A stretch of DNA of 64,000 bases, from contig NC_067403.1 of assembly GCF_016432865.1 (NCBI RefSeq), positions 226,114,001 through 226,178,000 on the forward strand, in the 5' to 3' direction. The notes below the pieces were generated by a model. That model did not search any database, was not told the origin of the DNA, and saw only the letters and a list, made by a program, of their open reading frames with translations. Both the position numbers and the translations under genes were made by a program. The stretch comes from Antechinus flavipes (lineage: Eukaryota). Below are positions 11,620 through 23,509 of this stretch, piece after piece (the stretch's first letter is position 1; every line of letters begins with the position of its first letter).

Positions 11620-12054
11620 AAGGGAAATGGGGACATTTAACCTGAAGAAGAGAATACTTAAGGGCAAAATAATAGCTGTCGTGAAATCAAGAGATGACAA
11701 AAGGAAGAGACTTCATGGACTCAGAAGGAAGAGCTAGGCTAAGAGCTAGAATTAAAGTTAGATGCCCATCATTTAGAAGATGCTCAAACTTACCACAGTA
11801 CATGAATATAATGGAATATTATTGTTCAGTGAAAAATGAAGAAGAGATCAAAGCATGGAAAGATGACACAAAGTGAAATGAGGAGCCCAGAAACAATATG
11901 GATGACTGCTTCCTAAAGGGAAAGAATTTCAAAATGATCAAAAGTAGATGCGGTGAAATCATAAGGAACACATGTGGCCCCAATTTAAAAAAAAATTAGA
12001 TGCCCCTTACTCTGCTATTTTGCAGAAGCAGGAGGTCCTCAAGTATGAAATACT

Positions 12055-12109
<55 letters not shown>

Positions 12110-12320
12110 AAAATATATTGTTTTTACTAGGAACAGGGAAGGATGCTGAGAAAAATGTGTCAGTGTCAAAAACAAAAGATAGCAATAAAAATGTATTCTT
12201 TTAAAATAGAAGGCAAAGCTGGGAGCAGAGAATGAGCCACAAATAGGTTATAACTGCATGTTGTAAATTTTCCTCACCATTAGAGCTGTTCACAAGTAGA
12301 ATGGGCTGCCTCCTGTCTTC
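11620..12320 (+). mobile_element. L3/CR1 fragment split by an old L1 3' fragment (about 11758-12205)
   Basis: L3-like 'acctgaagaagagaatacttaaggg..atagctgtc' on the left and 'ttcctcaccattagagctg..gaatgggctgcct' on the right. The middle is L1-like ('atgcccatca...atggaatattattgttcagtgaaaaatga') and ends in an A-rich tail. Confidence 0.65.
12059..12105. repeat. (AT)n microsatellite
   Basis: About 23 perfect AT units. Confidence 0.98.
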
Positions 12321-12674
12321 ATAACTTATAATCTTAAAGGAGTTGACCAGTTGACCTCTGCGACCATAGATATTTATCCACTTAACCTCTGTGGGCTTAA
12401 TTTCCTTCTCTACAAAAATGAAAGTATTGGAGTAATTTAGTATTCACGGGATATTCACCAAGGTCTCTTTCAATTAAAAAAAAAAATCCGATGTTAAATA
12501 TACATTTTAATAAAAACTCCCTTACTTACAATTGCCTTCAAAATACAACGTTGTATTTCAGAGAAGACAGATCAGCAATTCATTCCAAAAGTATGATATC
12601 ATTAGAGATTTGTTTAGTATTCTGAGAAGTTAATGACCATGATCACATGTCTCATTCTGTGTATATCAAATTTA

Positions 12675-12900
12675 TATTGTTCAGTCGTGTCCAACTCTCC
12701 ATGATTCCATTTGGGATTTCCTTGGCAGAGATATTAGAATGATTTGCCATTTCCTTCTATAGCTTATTTTACAGATAAGAAAACTAAGGCAAACAGGATG
12801 AAGTGACTTGCCCAGGGTCACACAGTTAGAAAGGGTCTAAGGATGGATTCGAACTTGGAAAAATGAATGTTCCTGACTCTGGACTTGCTGCCCATGTATA
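12675..12900 (-). mobile_element. Mar1-like marsupial CORE-SINE with RTE/BovB-type tail
   Basis: 'ttcagtcgtgtccaactct' tail, plus 'tttacagataagaaaactaaggcaaacagg..aagtgacttgcccagggtcacacag' core. Confidence 0.8.
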
Positions 12901-14624
12901 TTAGAAGAAGGACTTAAACACAGGTCTTGCTGTGCCTGGTCCTCTACCATACCATGTCGGTTCTCCCTATTTTTAAATGGAGAATTAACCAACATTTTGA
13001 ATGTGTGCTAAGTGACATAGCAAGATTGTTGAGTGACACAGTCACCAGACTGGATAGAAAATATCTTAATCTATTTCCTCACACTGTAATGTAAGCAGTT
13101 TTCACTTAACATAATTGTTAGGGAAGACAATTCCATAAACTCTCTTGATAAAATGATCTAGAGTTTCACATTGTAGTTGTTTAAAGGTAATCTAAACAAA
13201 ATAATTCCATCTAATAAAAAGTAATAATAGTACTGAGAACTGGTCGAATTTCTTTCCTTTTGGGTATCACACCCAACCCTATTGATTTCTGTACAGAAAT
13301 TCTAGGAATTGTGTAAGAAACCAAGATGCCAAAAACAGAAGCACTAGAAAAATAATGAGAATGTTATGAAAGAAAATTAAGCACATTTGGTATACTGCAT
13401 ATATATCCAAAAGTAAAATCCAAAAACTATTTTGCACTCTGTGGCACACTTAGTATTCAAATTCAAGCCATTGGTATATTTCTGAAATCTGATATGACCA
13501 ATATCATAAAGTTTGATTATATTTTTATGGCCTGTGCCATCTGTGCATTTGCTCTACTCACAGTAGTCATATAATATTCAAAAAGTAATGCATTTAGTTC
13601 ACAATGTAGTCCTCTTAGCAGTAATCATCAAGATGAATTATCCTAGGAGATTTGGAATCTTGTCATAATTTGCAGCTTAAATCTATTTGAAAATATAAAT
13701 ATTCAATATAAAAAGCTCATTTGAGGACTTTTTCATTTAAGATAAATCTTAGCATTTGTGAAATAGACGTTTTATGCATATTTAATTAATAGTTGCAGCC
13801 TAAAGCCTATGTTTCTGTGTATAAAAATCTGGATCATAGAAGTGCTTCTTTTGAAGTCAATTCATAAACTCCCATGTATCCCTTTTATCTTATTGATTCA
13901 GCTGCCTAGATTATTGATTGAGATACATGCAGACAAGAACTATCCCCTTAACAAGCTTTGACTTGCTACTTTAGGAAACATTTCTTCTGTTGCTATAGTA
14001 TCATATTTTGAGGGCCCTCAAATAATATTAAACTGCTTCAAATTTCACCCATAAGTTCGGGTCTTATTTCCTTTGCAAAGTTAAGAAAATTATAGTCTGC
14101 GTGTCCCTAACATTTTAACTAGTTAGAACCAAGGAATGTGCATCATTATTTTGGAGTATTTACATTTTCACTATAAAACTATTTCCCTTCTTACAAGTTA
14201 AATATCCAGTATTGTGTATTTATGAAATTATCCTTAAATATATTAATAGAAATTCTGTGTCAGTATATTCAGCACCCTACTGCAAATGCTAGTTAATCTA
14301 GGACTTTATTTTACTAGATACAATCTTTTGAGAATAAGATTTTATTTACAATATGCATTAAACTACCTCTTCATAAGAGGGAGGAATTCACTGGATTTGA
14401 TATGTGATTGTATTACTTTACTTATTTTCTAAGCATCTTTATTATGTTATTTATTCTTCTGCAAATATGTCTAATGACCATCTTCATTTTAGGATTATCA
14501 GGTTAGGATTTAGTCTACAATATAAAATATATTTTTTAAACAATTTCATCAAACTCACTTTTTTTCCCATACTTGACATCTTTATTGTAGTAATCTAGGA
14601 AATATTCCATTTTGTCAAACTAAT

Positions 14625-14760
14625 CAATACAATACAATACAAAACATTTACTAAATATCTACTATATAATACATCAGGCACCATGCTAAGTGCTAGGGAT
14701 ACAAATGAGGAAGATTAGGTCAGAACTTGCCCTCAAGGACTTATGAAGGTAAATAGCACA
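14625..14760 (-). mobile_element. L2 3' end relic
   Basis: 'aaacatttactaaatatctacta..caggcaccatgctaagtgctagggatacaaa..gccctcaagga'. Confidence 0.7.
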
Positions 14761-16284
14761 CAAAAGGAAAGTGAAAAGTGGGGATAGGGAGAAGTCATCT
14801 GAGTCATCACAAGGGAGCTCCTTATGTAGAGAAGGGACTCTATGGAGCTCATATGGTAAATCCAGTTCTCTCCATGGGTCTTCTCCAGTTAAATAAATAG
14901 GCAGTCCATGTGATTCCAGAAGTTTCTAGCACATATAAGGGACATATGTTAATCTGTCTTGGACCCCATTTTAACACTCAGGGAATAATAGAAAGATCAT
15001 AATGTTGGTATTCAGGGTCTACAGTTTCTAGTCTAACTAAGCTGTTCCTCATCTCAGAGGCCCCTTCCAGCTTTAAAATAACTATAATTATTAAATTATG
15101 TTAAGGGATATAGTAAAATATTCTTCAAGATATAATTCATAAAATTCAAATTATCTGCAAATAGATGGCTATATTTTGATTATCTGAGTGAGAGAGCTTT
15201 CAAATTCCTCTGGTCATTATTATTATTTCATTTGCTTTATTAAATATTTTCATTTATAAAGGATATTTCTTGACTGCAACCCATCAGAAACTGAAAAAGC
15301 CTCTTTAAAATACCCTGATGGATCTATGATCTCAGTGTAGAGGTCCTTTCAGACATAAATCCAAATCTTCCAAGCAGACCGTTCCTTTCTTGGCTCCTGT
15401 CCATGGCTTCCTATGAGATCCCCACAGGAGCCCTGCCTTGCCTTCTCTTGACATAGCTGGGATACCAATGAAGCATGTGAATTGCCCATCAATTATAATC
15501 TTATTCTTATTATCTCTCCAAACTATCTTCCTTTCTCATATATTTGTTTTATGGTGTCCTTTACAAACCTTCTCGTTTGCAATTTCTTTCTTCTATAATG
15601 TGTTGTTGACTGCTCATACTTAATGTTTATCTTTTAATTGTCTTATAAATGACATATACTGCCATTTTTTTAAATACTCTAGTTCCATGATTTAAGGCCA
15701 TACAGCAAACTTAAACTTGTAACTTAAAACAATTACTTTCTTGCCCCAGTGAAAATAGGAGTTCAAAATGTAGAGAACCTATTTCCTATTTATTTAAAAA
15801 TTCAGCTTTAGTTTAGGAAATGATACCACTGCATTAGAGCTTAAGCTAGGTGAGCTTGAATAGTTTTCATTCATCTAAAACAAACTCTTCCATTATGCAT
15901 TTAGCACTTAGTTCAGTATATTATAAATATCAGACATATCCACATCCAAGTGTAAGTACAGTTATATAAATATAATTTTCACTTATTTGCTTGCTTGGAT
16001 TATTGTAACCTGTGTTTCACTCCATTAGCTCAATTACGTGCATCTTTTAAAATGTTTAACAAAAGTTTATCCTGTCGAGAGGATCCACCAGAATTTCATG
16101 TCTAGCACAAGTAATAAATCAGATTTTTGGAGAAAGGTGATTTGGTGTTATTCCAGAAAGTGATTTGGTATTATTCCAGCATTCTATCTAATATCCAAGA
16201 AAAATTGTTAGTACTATAGTACCAAGTAATTACTTTAAAATGTAATGTGCAACTTTTCCTTCAATCTGACACCCCTGTTGCTTT

Positions 16285-17400
16285 TTAATTTTTTTTAATA
16301 GTCAGGCATTTATTTATTTCTTCCTTTTATCCTCTCACTACTTGGACAGATGGAAGCAATCCCCTTCTAACACATAGGTATAGTCAAACAAAAATAAACT
16401 CCGATATTGATCATTGGTCAAAAATATGTGATTAATTCTGCTTCCTGTCATAAGATGGTTAGCCTTCTTTGTTTTTACAATGTTGATGTTACAGTATAAA
16501 TTATTCCCCTGGTTATGGTAACTTCACATGCATCAATTCATACAAGCATTCCCACATTCTCTGAAAAAGTCTTTTTAATCATTTTTCTTGACACAAAATT
16601 TTCCTATATATTTATGCACTACAATTTTTCAGCTATTCCTCAATTAATGAGTACTTCCTTATTGTTCATTTCCTTATTACTATATGTGTGTGCAAGTATA
16701 CATGTGTGTATACATTTATAAGCACTATAAATACATATATATTTGTATGACTGACAATTTTGTCTTTTTTTGATCTCTTTTGGGCACTTTGTCAAGGGAC
16801 ACACAATTTAATTAACTTTTGAGATATAGCCCTAAAATGGTTGGACCAATTCACAGCTCTAACAATAGTACATTAATGCTCCTTTTTTTATGAAATTCCC
16901 CTAACCTGTGTCATTTTCCTTTTTTGTCAACTTTTGACAATCTGAGTTTTGTACAGTAAAGCTTCAGAGTTACTTTCATTTATATTTCTCTGACTGTTGG
17001 TGTTTTAGAGAATTTTTTGACATCACTGTTGATAACTTGGATTTCTTCCTTTGAAAAGTGTCTGTACATATCCTTTGACTACTTAACAATAGGGAAATGG
17101 CTCTTTGTATTAACTTGAATCAGTTCTTTACATCTCAAAAGTCTGAGTTCAGTTGTAGGCTTTAATAGACTAGAAGTTATTAAACAGACTAAAAACTATT
17201 AAAGCTTAAATTATTATGTCTTTATGAAAATACTAAATAGACTAAAGTAGTCTATTTAAATAAACTAAAAGCTATTAAAGCTCTGAGATATGATGCAAAT
17301 CTTAGAGTTTTATCAGAGAAACTTGCTGTAGACTTTCTAAAGTATTTGTTTCCCTTCTAATCTTAGCTACCTTCAATCTACACTCTCCTTTTTTTTAAAC
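16285..17400 (-). mobile_element. Old L1 ORF2 3' end plus 3'UTR
   Basis: Antisense L1 hallmarks 'tttcagctattcctcaatt', 'ggaccaattcacagctc', 'ttcctttgaaaagtgtctgtacatatcctttgac' and 'ttatcagagaaacttgctg'. Confidence 0.75.
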
Positions 17401-18020
17401 TTATTTTTTCCAATTAATAAAGAACCACCTTCTCTTTTTCCTCCTCTACTGAAAAAAAGAAGCATAACTCATATAATAAATATGTATAGTCAGACAAAAA
17501 AAATCTCCTGAGTTGATTGTCATAAGACAAGAAGCATATTTCCTTATAAGTGCCTTGGAATCATGGTTACTCATGAGTTACTTATTGAATCATTGATTAA
17601 TCATTAGAGTTTCCTGACTTTTTTTTATAAAGAAGAATATGATTTGATATAATCTGCTTCTGCCTCTTTTTTCTTTCTGTTCCTAAAGCTTAATTACAAT
17701 TGCTTAGTCTTTCTTTCCTTGTAAACCCCTTTTCATAATCCAGCATTTGTTTTGTTTATTCCTAATAACCTCTCTCTTTTATTCTCCAGGTTTTCTTCTC
17801 CCCTTTCCTCCTATTTCCCCATTGATTTAAATGTATTTCTTCTTTGAAATAACTTTTTATTTTCAAAATACATGCAAAAATAGTTTTCAGTATTCATTCC
17901 TTGCAAAATCTTGTGTTCCAAATTTTTCTCCCTTCTTTCCCCCCACCTCCTCCCCTAGACCACAAGCAATTCAGTACAGGTTAAATATGTATAATTCTTC
18001 TAAATATATTTCCACTATTT
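17395..18020 (-). mobile_element. Stacked L1 3'UTR fragments (older about 17395-17620, younger about 17850-18020)
   Basis: T-rich antisense tails, and 'tattttcaaaatacatgcaaaaatagttttcagtattca..gcaaaatcttgtgttccaaattttt' typical of marsupial L1 3' ends. Confidence 0.65.
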
Positions 18021-18079
18021 GTATTTGTTTATTTAGTTCTGTGTGTATTCTTCATTTCCTTGAACAATTCAAGAGAAAA

Positions 18080-18142
18080 TGTGGTATAAAAGTCACTCCT
18101 ATTCTTTCCTATATTTTTATGTAATTTTCACCCAAATAATCT

Positions 18143-18175
<33 letters not shown>

Positions 18176-20340
18176 ACGCGCGTGCACATACACTCTACTC
18201 TTTCACCCCTAATGTATTCCTTTTTCCTTCCTTTCTTTCTCCTTTTTGTGATCATCAAAACAAATTTTTAAAAGAAAACTATTCCCAGAGCTTCTGTTTT
18301 ATGTATTTCCTTTATGATCCCTACTGATGATAGGGTTTTCAGGGAACACATGTGTCATCTCCCATATTAGAAGGTAAACATTTTATCCTACTTAGTCCTT
18401 TATGTTTGCTCACTCATGTTTACCTTTTTATGTTACTCTCAAATCCTGTGTTTGTATTTCAGAGTTTTTATGTAGCTCTGGTCTTTTTATCAAGATTGCT
18501 TCAAAATCCTCTATTCCATTAAAGGTTCATTTGTTAACCTGTGGGTTTATACTCAGTTGTGCTAAGTAAATTGTTCTTGACTATAAGTCGAAATTTTTTG
18601 ACTTATGAAACATCATCTTCTAAGCTCCCTGCCTTTTTTAACGGTACAGTGGCTGCTAAATCTTGTACCATCATGATTATGATTCCTCAGTATTTGAATT
18701 CTTTCTTTCTGGCTGCTTGCAGGGTTTTTGTTTATTTGTTTGTTTGTTTTATTTTTTGATCTGGAAGACCTGTATTTTGGCTATAATGTTCCTGAAAGTG
18801 TTTATTTTGAGATTTCTCTTGGGAAGTGACTAGTAGATGCTATTTTCACTTTGCCCTTCATTTGACCATTTTCTGTATCATTTTTTAAATATGATGTCTG
18901 GCTCTTTTTTTCCTCTAGACTTTCCAGTAGTCCAATGATTATTTTATCTCTTCTTGATTTGTTTTCCAGGTCAGGCTTTTTAAAAAATATTCAATACTTC
19001 TTTTTTCTCCCAGTTTTTGTTTGTTTGTTTGTTTGTTTGTTTTAATATTTCTTATTTTCCCACAAAGTCATTGGCTTCTATTTGGTCCATTCTAATTTTC
19101 AAGTTGGTGGTTTGAATGAGATTTTGGACCTCTCATACCATACTGTTAACTTTCTTTCTAATTCTTTTTTTTTTTTTTTTCTATAGCTCTCATTTCTTTT
19201 CCAGTTTTTCTTCCAACACTAATTCATTTTCAGTTATTTTTTATGGGGCTATATCACTTCATTTGTAAAGTCATTTTTGGTTCTTTTTAATGTTCTTGCT
19301 TTTTCTCATCCATTCTGTTTGAACTTGTGCTAAGCTGAATTTTTTTTTTTTTTGAGGCTTATAGCTCTATCTTACATCTAATATAAATATCTGCTTGTAG
19401 ATATTTTGGCCTCTCTCTTCTCTTGGGTTTGTGTCTTTAGTTTGTCATCATAATAGCTCTTTGTTGATGGGATTTTTTAAAGTTGCCCACCCTTCCAGTC
19501 TTTTTAACACTGAAGTTTGTGTCGGGATCGGGCTTAATTCATTTTTGACTAGGACGGCTGAGCCATGCTTTGTCCTGTTTTGTGTTCTTTTGGGTCCTGC
19601 TACTATTTTTTCCAGTATTGAATTTATGTTACTCTTATATCACCAAGACAGCTCAGTCTGCAGACCTGTAAATTTTCAGAATGTTTTCAGAATGTCCAGT
19701 TTTCTGATCCTAGGTGAAGTCTGAATGCCGAACTACCTGCCTTAGCTCTGTGAGTTCCTAACCTAGGATTGAGTTTTAGCAACACAACACTATGAACTTT
19801 CCCCTGGCTGGAGCTCCAGTAAACTCCTCCTAAATTCAACTGCCATTAGCTAGCTGGAGAGCTTTCAGATTAAAAGTGACAGAACTTCAGGTTCTCCTTT
19901 GTTCTGAGTTATTCTGTTAAAAGTTTCAGAGTAAACTGAAAACTAATTGAGACGCTGCTTAGATCCTCAGGTTAGAGACATACAGCTGCTGCTTACTTCT
20001 TTACTTCTGGTAGCTGAGTACTTAACCTAGAGCCCACTGCCACTCTGGACCCCTACTCAATTTGCATTTAATATGTAAACAGGAAAAAGCCCTGGTACAC
20101 AGTGGTAGACTGACATTCATTCAGTCTACATTGCACTCCTGGCTAGACCCTATTCCCAGTGTCCACAAAACTCGCTGCCTTCATATACTGACATGGGCTG
20201 AAAAAAATATGACCCACTATTAATTTTTTTTCTTGGTTTTCCCAATGAGGACTTGGTTTGATTTTTTTTCTAATCTCTGTGAAATAATTGTAGGGAAGAG
20301 TATAGCTTTACTACTTCCTTCTACTCTGCTATCTTAGCTG
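18080..20340 (-). mobile_element. L1/HAL1-type 5'UTR plus ORF1, decayed
   Basis: Minus strand at about 18920-18975 encodes PDLENKSRRDKIIIGLLE (ORF1 motif DLENRSRRxN). The 5' start 'ctaagatagcagagtagaaggaag' lies at about 20340. (CA)n at about 18146-18175. Confidence 0.8.
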
Positions 20341-20817
20341 TTTCTTGTCCATCTGTATTAGTTCTTAAAATGATTGGTACCCAAAGACAGAATTAGGGTA
20401 GGCATTTACCTTAGGGCATCTGAATTTAGAGGACTGACACTCCTTCCCCCAGCAGAGGGTCATAAACAGGTAAACTAGCTACAGCTGGAAAAAGAGCCAG
20501 ATCTCTGTGTCCTTCTGTTTCACAATATTTATATAAAATGGGGGGTAAAGGAGAAAAGTTCCTCTTTTCTAGCAGCATATTTCCAAAAATATTCCCAGTT
20601 GTAATTCTTACACCAAAACATCAGTAAACTTAAGTGATGATAGCAACTCTCATTTACATTTCAGGTGTCCATGGGTTCAACTATTATTTCTATACATATG
20701 ACTCCTAGATCTCTATAATCCAGCTCTAGTCTCCTGTGACCACCAGTCCAGCCCCATAGCTCTGCTGGATGTCCTGCACCAATGTCTCATATCTTAACTT
20801 GTTTGTTGGTGTTTTGT

Positions 20818-21027
20818 TAGAGATTTCATGTGAAACTCAAATGGAAACATCTCTGTGAGCCACATAGTGACTTAGAAAGCCACAAGTTAACATTATCCAC
20901 GTTGCATCGTCTTTTTTATTTATTTTGTTAAATATTTCCCAATTATATTTTGGGATTTTGGTTGGGGAGTGTAAACTGGAGTTTTGCTGGCATTTGAGGC
21001 CATGTTCTATGAATTTCCCATCTCTGC
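20818..21027. mobile_element. hAT/Charlie-like marsupial MITE relic
   Basis: 'gacttagaaagccacaagttaacattatc..tttttatttattttgttaaatatttcccaatta' recalled from marsupial MITEs. Ends resemble cagag../..ctctg. Confidence 0.5.
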
Positions 21028-21289
21028 CATAGGCAGATACATGATGGTCGTTGGATCCGTCTTTGCTGGATCAAGATTTCTCAGAAGATTCTTTCCAACA
21101 TATTGCCCATCACTATCAGCAAAGTCTTTTCAGAAGAACTGACTGAGAATGAAGTCACTGAAGATGTGGGAGCTGTTATCAATCTTAAACACTCTTCTGT
21201 TGTAACTCTCGCTAGAAATGATCCCCTAGTCTTCTAGTTCTCCAGCTCCTAGCATTCAAGGCAGCAAAGGGCAACACTTATAGAAAAGA

Positions 21290-23300
21290 GACAAAAAGGT
21301 TGGCTGTCAGTGATCTGTCGAATGTACCTCACCAAGAGGGTAACAACTCGGGGACTTGGGGGTTGGAGCTAGCACTTGAGCCAATCTGTGAAGGGAGCCA
21401 GGTGTTGGGGGGTAGGGGAGGGCAGAGTGGAGAGGCGAGGGAGGCCTTTCAGTCTTTGAGGAGCACCTCTGCAAAGGCATCCGTATTAGAGAGCAGTAAG
21501 TAAGGCAGTTTGGCCAGAATGTAAAATAGCAAGTGAAAAATGAGGCGAATCTGGAAAGGTCACGGGAGCCAGATTGTGGAGGGTTCTAAATACAAAGCTG
21601 AAGAGTTTGTATTTTGCCCTGGAGACAGAAAGCACTAAAGCTTTTTGTTTATGAGCATGTCTTGCTCATAAGACATTTTTGTCTTAGAAATATCAATTTA
21701 AAAGTTGTATATGTAGTATCTAATCAGGAAGTTATTCCAATCATCTCAAGGCCTAAATCATCATAATGGTTGTATGGATTGGTATGTCAAAAAGTATTAG
21801 TATTAGTATACTACTTAGTATTAGTATACATACTTATTAGCATTACACACATATTAGTATTAGTATACATACTTAATATGTCAAAAAGACAGGAGAAGAT
21901 CCAGGGTAGCACAGTACTATAAAGATCAAGGGAAGAAAAAAATCCAGGGGAGGGATGTAGTGGCTGTAGACTATGTCAAAAGGTAAAGAATGAAAATTGA
22001 GAGTAAGCTATTGGGCTTAGAAATTAAGAGATCACTGGGCCTGTATCCCAAAAAAAATCATAAAAAAAGGAAAAGGACCCACATATGCTAAATTGTTTAT
22101 GTTCAAGGAATTGGAAAGTGCATGGACACCCATCAGTTGGGGAATGGCTGAATAACTTATGCTATATGAGTGTTATGGAATATTATTCTGTAAGAAATGA
22201 CCAGCAGGAGGATTTCAGAGAGGCTTGGAGAGACTTACATGAACTGATGCTGAGTGAAGTGAGTAGAACCAGGAGATCATTGTACACAGCAACACCAAGA
22301 TTATGTGATGATCAACTCTGATGGCTGTGGCTCTTTTCAACAGTGAGGTGATTCAGGCCAGTTCCAAAGGTCTTGTGATGAAGAGAGCCATATGCACCCA
22401 GAGAGAGACTGTGGGGACTGAGTGTGGATCACAATATAGAATTGTCACTTTTTTGTTGTTTGCTTGCATTTAGATTTTTTCCTTTTTGATCTGATTTTTC
22501 TCACGTAGCACAAGATTTCCACAATTGTAGAAATACATACGGAAAATTGCACATGTTTGGCATATATTGCCTTACTTGCAATCTAGGGGAGGGATGGAGG
22601 GGAAGGAAGGGAGGAAGAAAAAAAATTTGGATCACAAGGTTTTGCTAGGGTGAATGCTGAAAACTATGTGTGTATTTTGAAAATAAAAATCTTTAAAAAA
22701 AAAAAGAAATTAAAAGATCATATGTGACCTTTAAGAACGTTTCAGTGGAATAGTGGTACACCTATTGCAAGTGGTTGAAAAGTGAGAGAATGTGTGCAAG
22801 TGAAGGCAAGTCAGTATATATGACCTAGGAGTCTGGCTATAAAGGGGAAAACAACTATGGGATAGTAGCTTAAGGGCTGTCAAGGTCAAAGAAAGATTCT
22901 TAAGAATGGCAACAACTGGGCATAGTTATAAAAGATAGAAAAGTAGTAGCCAGTAGTTAAGGAGAAATGGTGATGAGAGACCTTAAGGGAATGATCAGGA
23001 AGACAATCTCCCAGAACAATCAGGAAAGGCAGAGATCAAGATCACAACTAGAAGTCCACCTTTTTAAGGACAAGAACCATCTTCTCCTGAGAGAGCAAAA
23101 CAAAATCATAGAGAACAGAAGCTGATGTGAAAGGCTCTTACACTGCAGAGAAAATAGGAGAGAAAATCTGAAATCTCCTCAGTTAATTAAAAGTAAGTAT
23201 CCTCATGGAGGGAAGGACATAGCATAGGCGAATTGGGGGAAAAAACATTGTGGATAGCTGCTGTAGAAAATACTGTGATAGGATCCCTCAAGAAAAGATA
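21290..23300 (-). mobile_element. L2 LINE fragment interrupted by an L1 (22035-22705) and an 82-bp array (21795-21876)
   Basis: Purine-rich antisense L2 ('ggaaaggtcacgggagccagattgtggagggt', 'gagagtaagctattgggcttagaaattaagagatca..tgtgacctttaagaac..ttcagtggaatagtgg') continues across both insertions. Confidence 0.7.
22035..22705 (+). mobile_element. 5'-truncated L1 (ORF2 C-terminus, 3'UTR, poly(A)) with 15-bp TSD
   Basis: ORF 22085-22321 contains NWKVHGHPSVGEWLNNL..MEYYSVRNDQQEDFREAWRDLHELMLSEVSRTRRSLYT. TSD gaaattaagagatca (22020-22034) / gaaattaaaagatca (22706-22720). Confidence 0.93.
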
Positions 23301-23305
23301 AAAGG

Positions 23306-23372
23306 GGGAAGCTAGAGGGTGTAATGGAGAGAGCATCTGAAGTCAAGAAGGCCTGAGTTCAAATCTAGCCTC
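23306..23372 (+). mobile_element. SINE 5' end cut by an assembly gap
   Basis: 'ggggaagctagagggtgtaatgg..agagca..gaagtcaagaaggcctgagttcaaatctagcctc', then N. Confidence 0.7.
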
Positions 23373-23509
23373 NNNNNNNNNNNNNNNNNNNNNNNNNNNN
23401 NNNNNNNNNNNNNNNNNNNNNNNNNNNNNNNNNNNNNNNNNNNNNNNNNNNNNNNNNNNNNNNNNNNNNNNNNNNNNNNNNNNNNNNNNNNNNNNNNNNN
23501 NNNNNNNNN
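23373..23509. other. Assembly gap (137 N)
   Basis: Run of N. Confidence 1.

Noticed and set aside
13560-13685. Minus-strand AG...GTGAGT exon-like segment
   Set aside because: Stops in all three frames from both available acceptors, and no other support.
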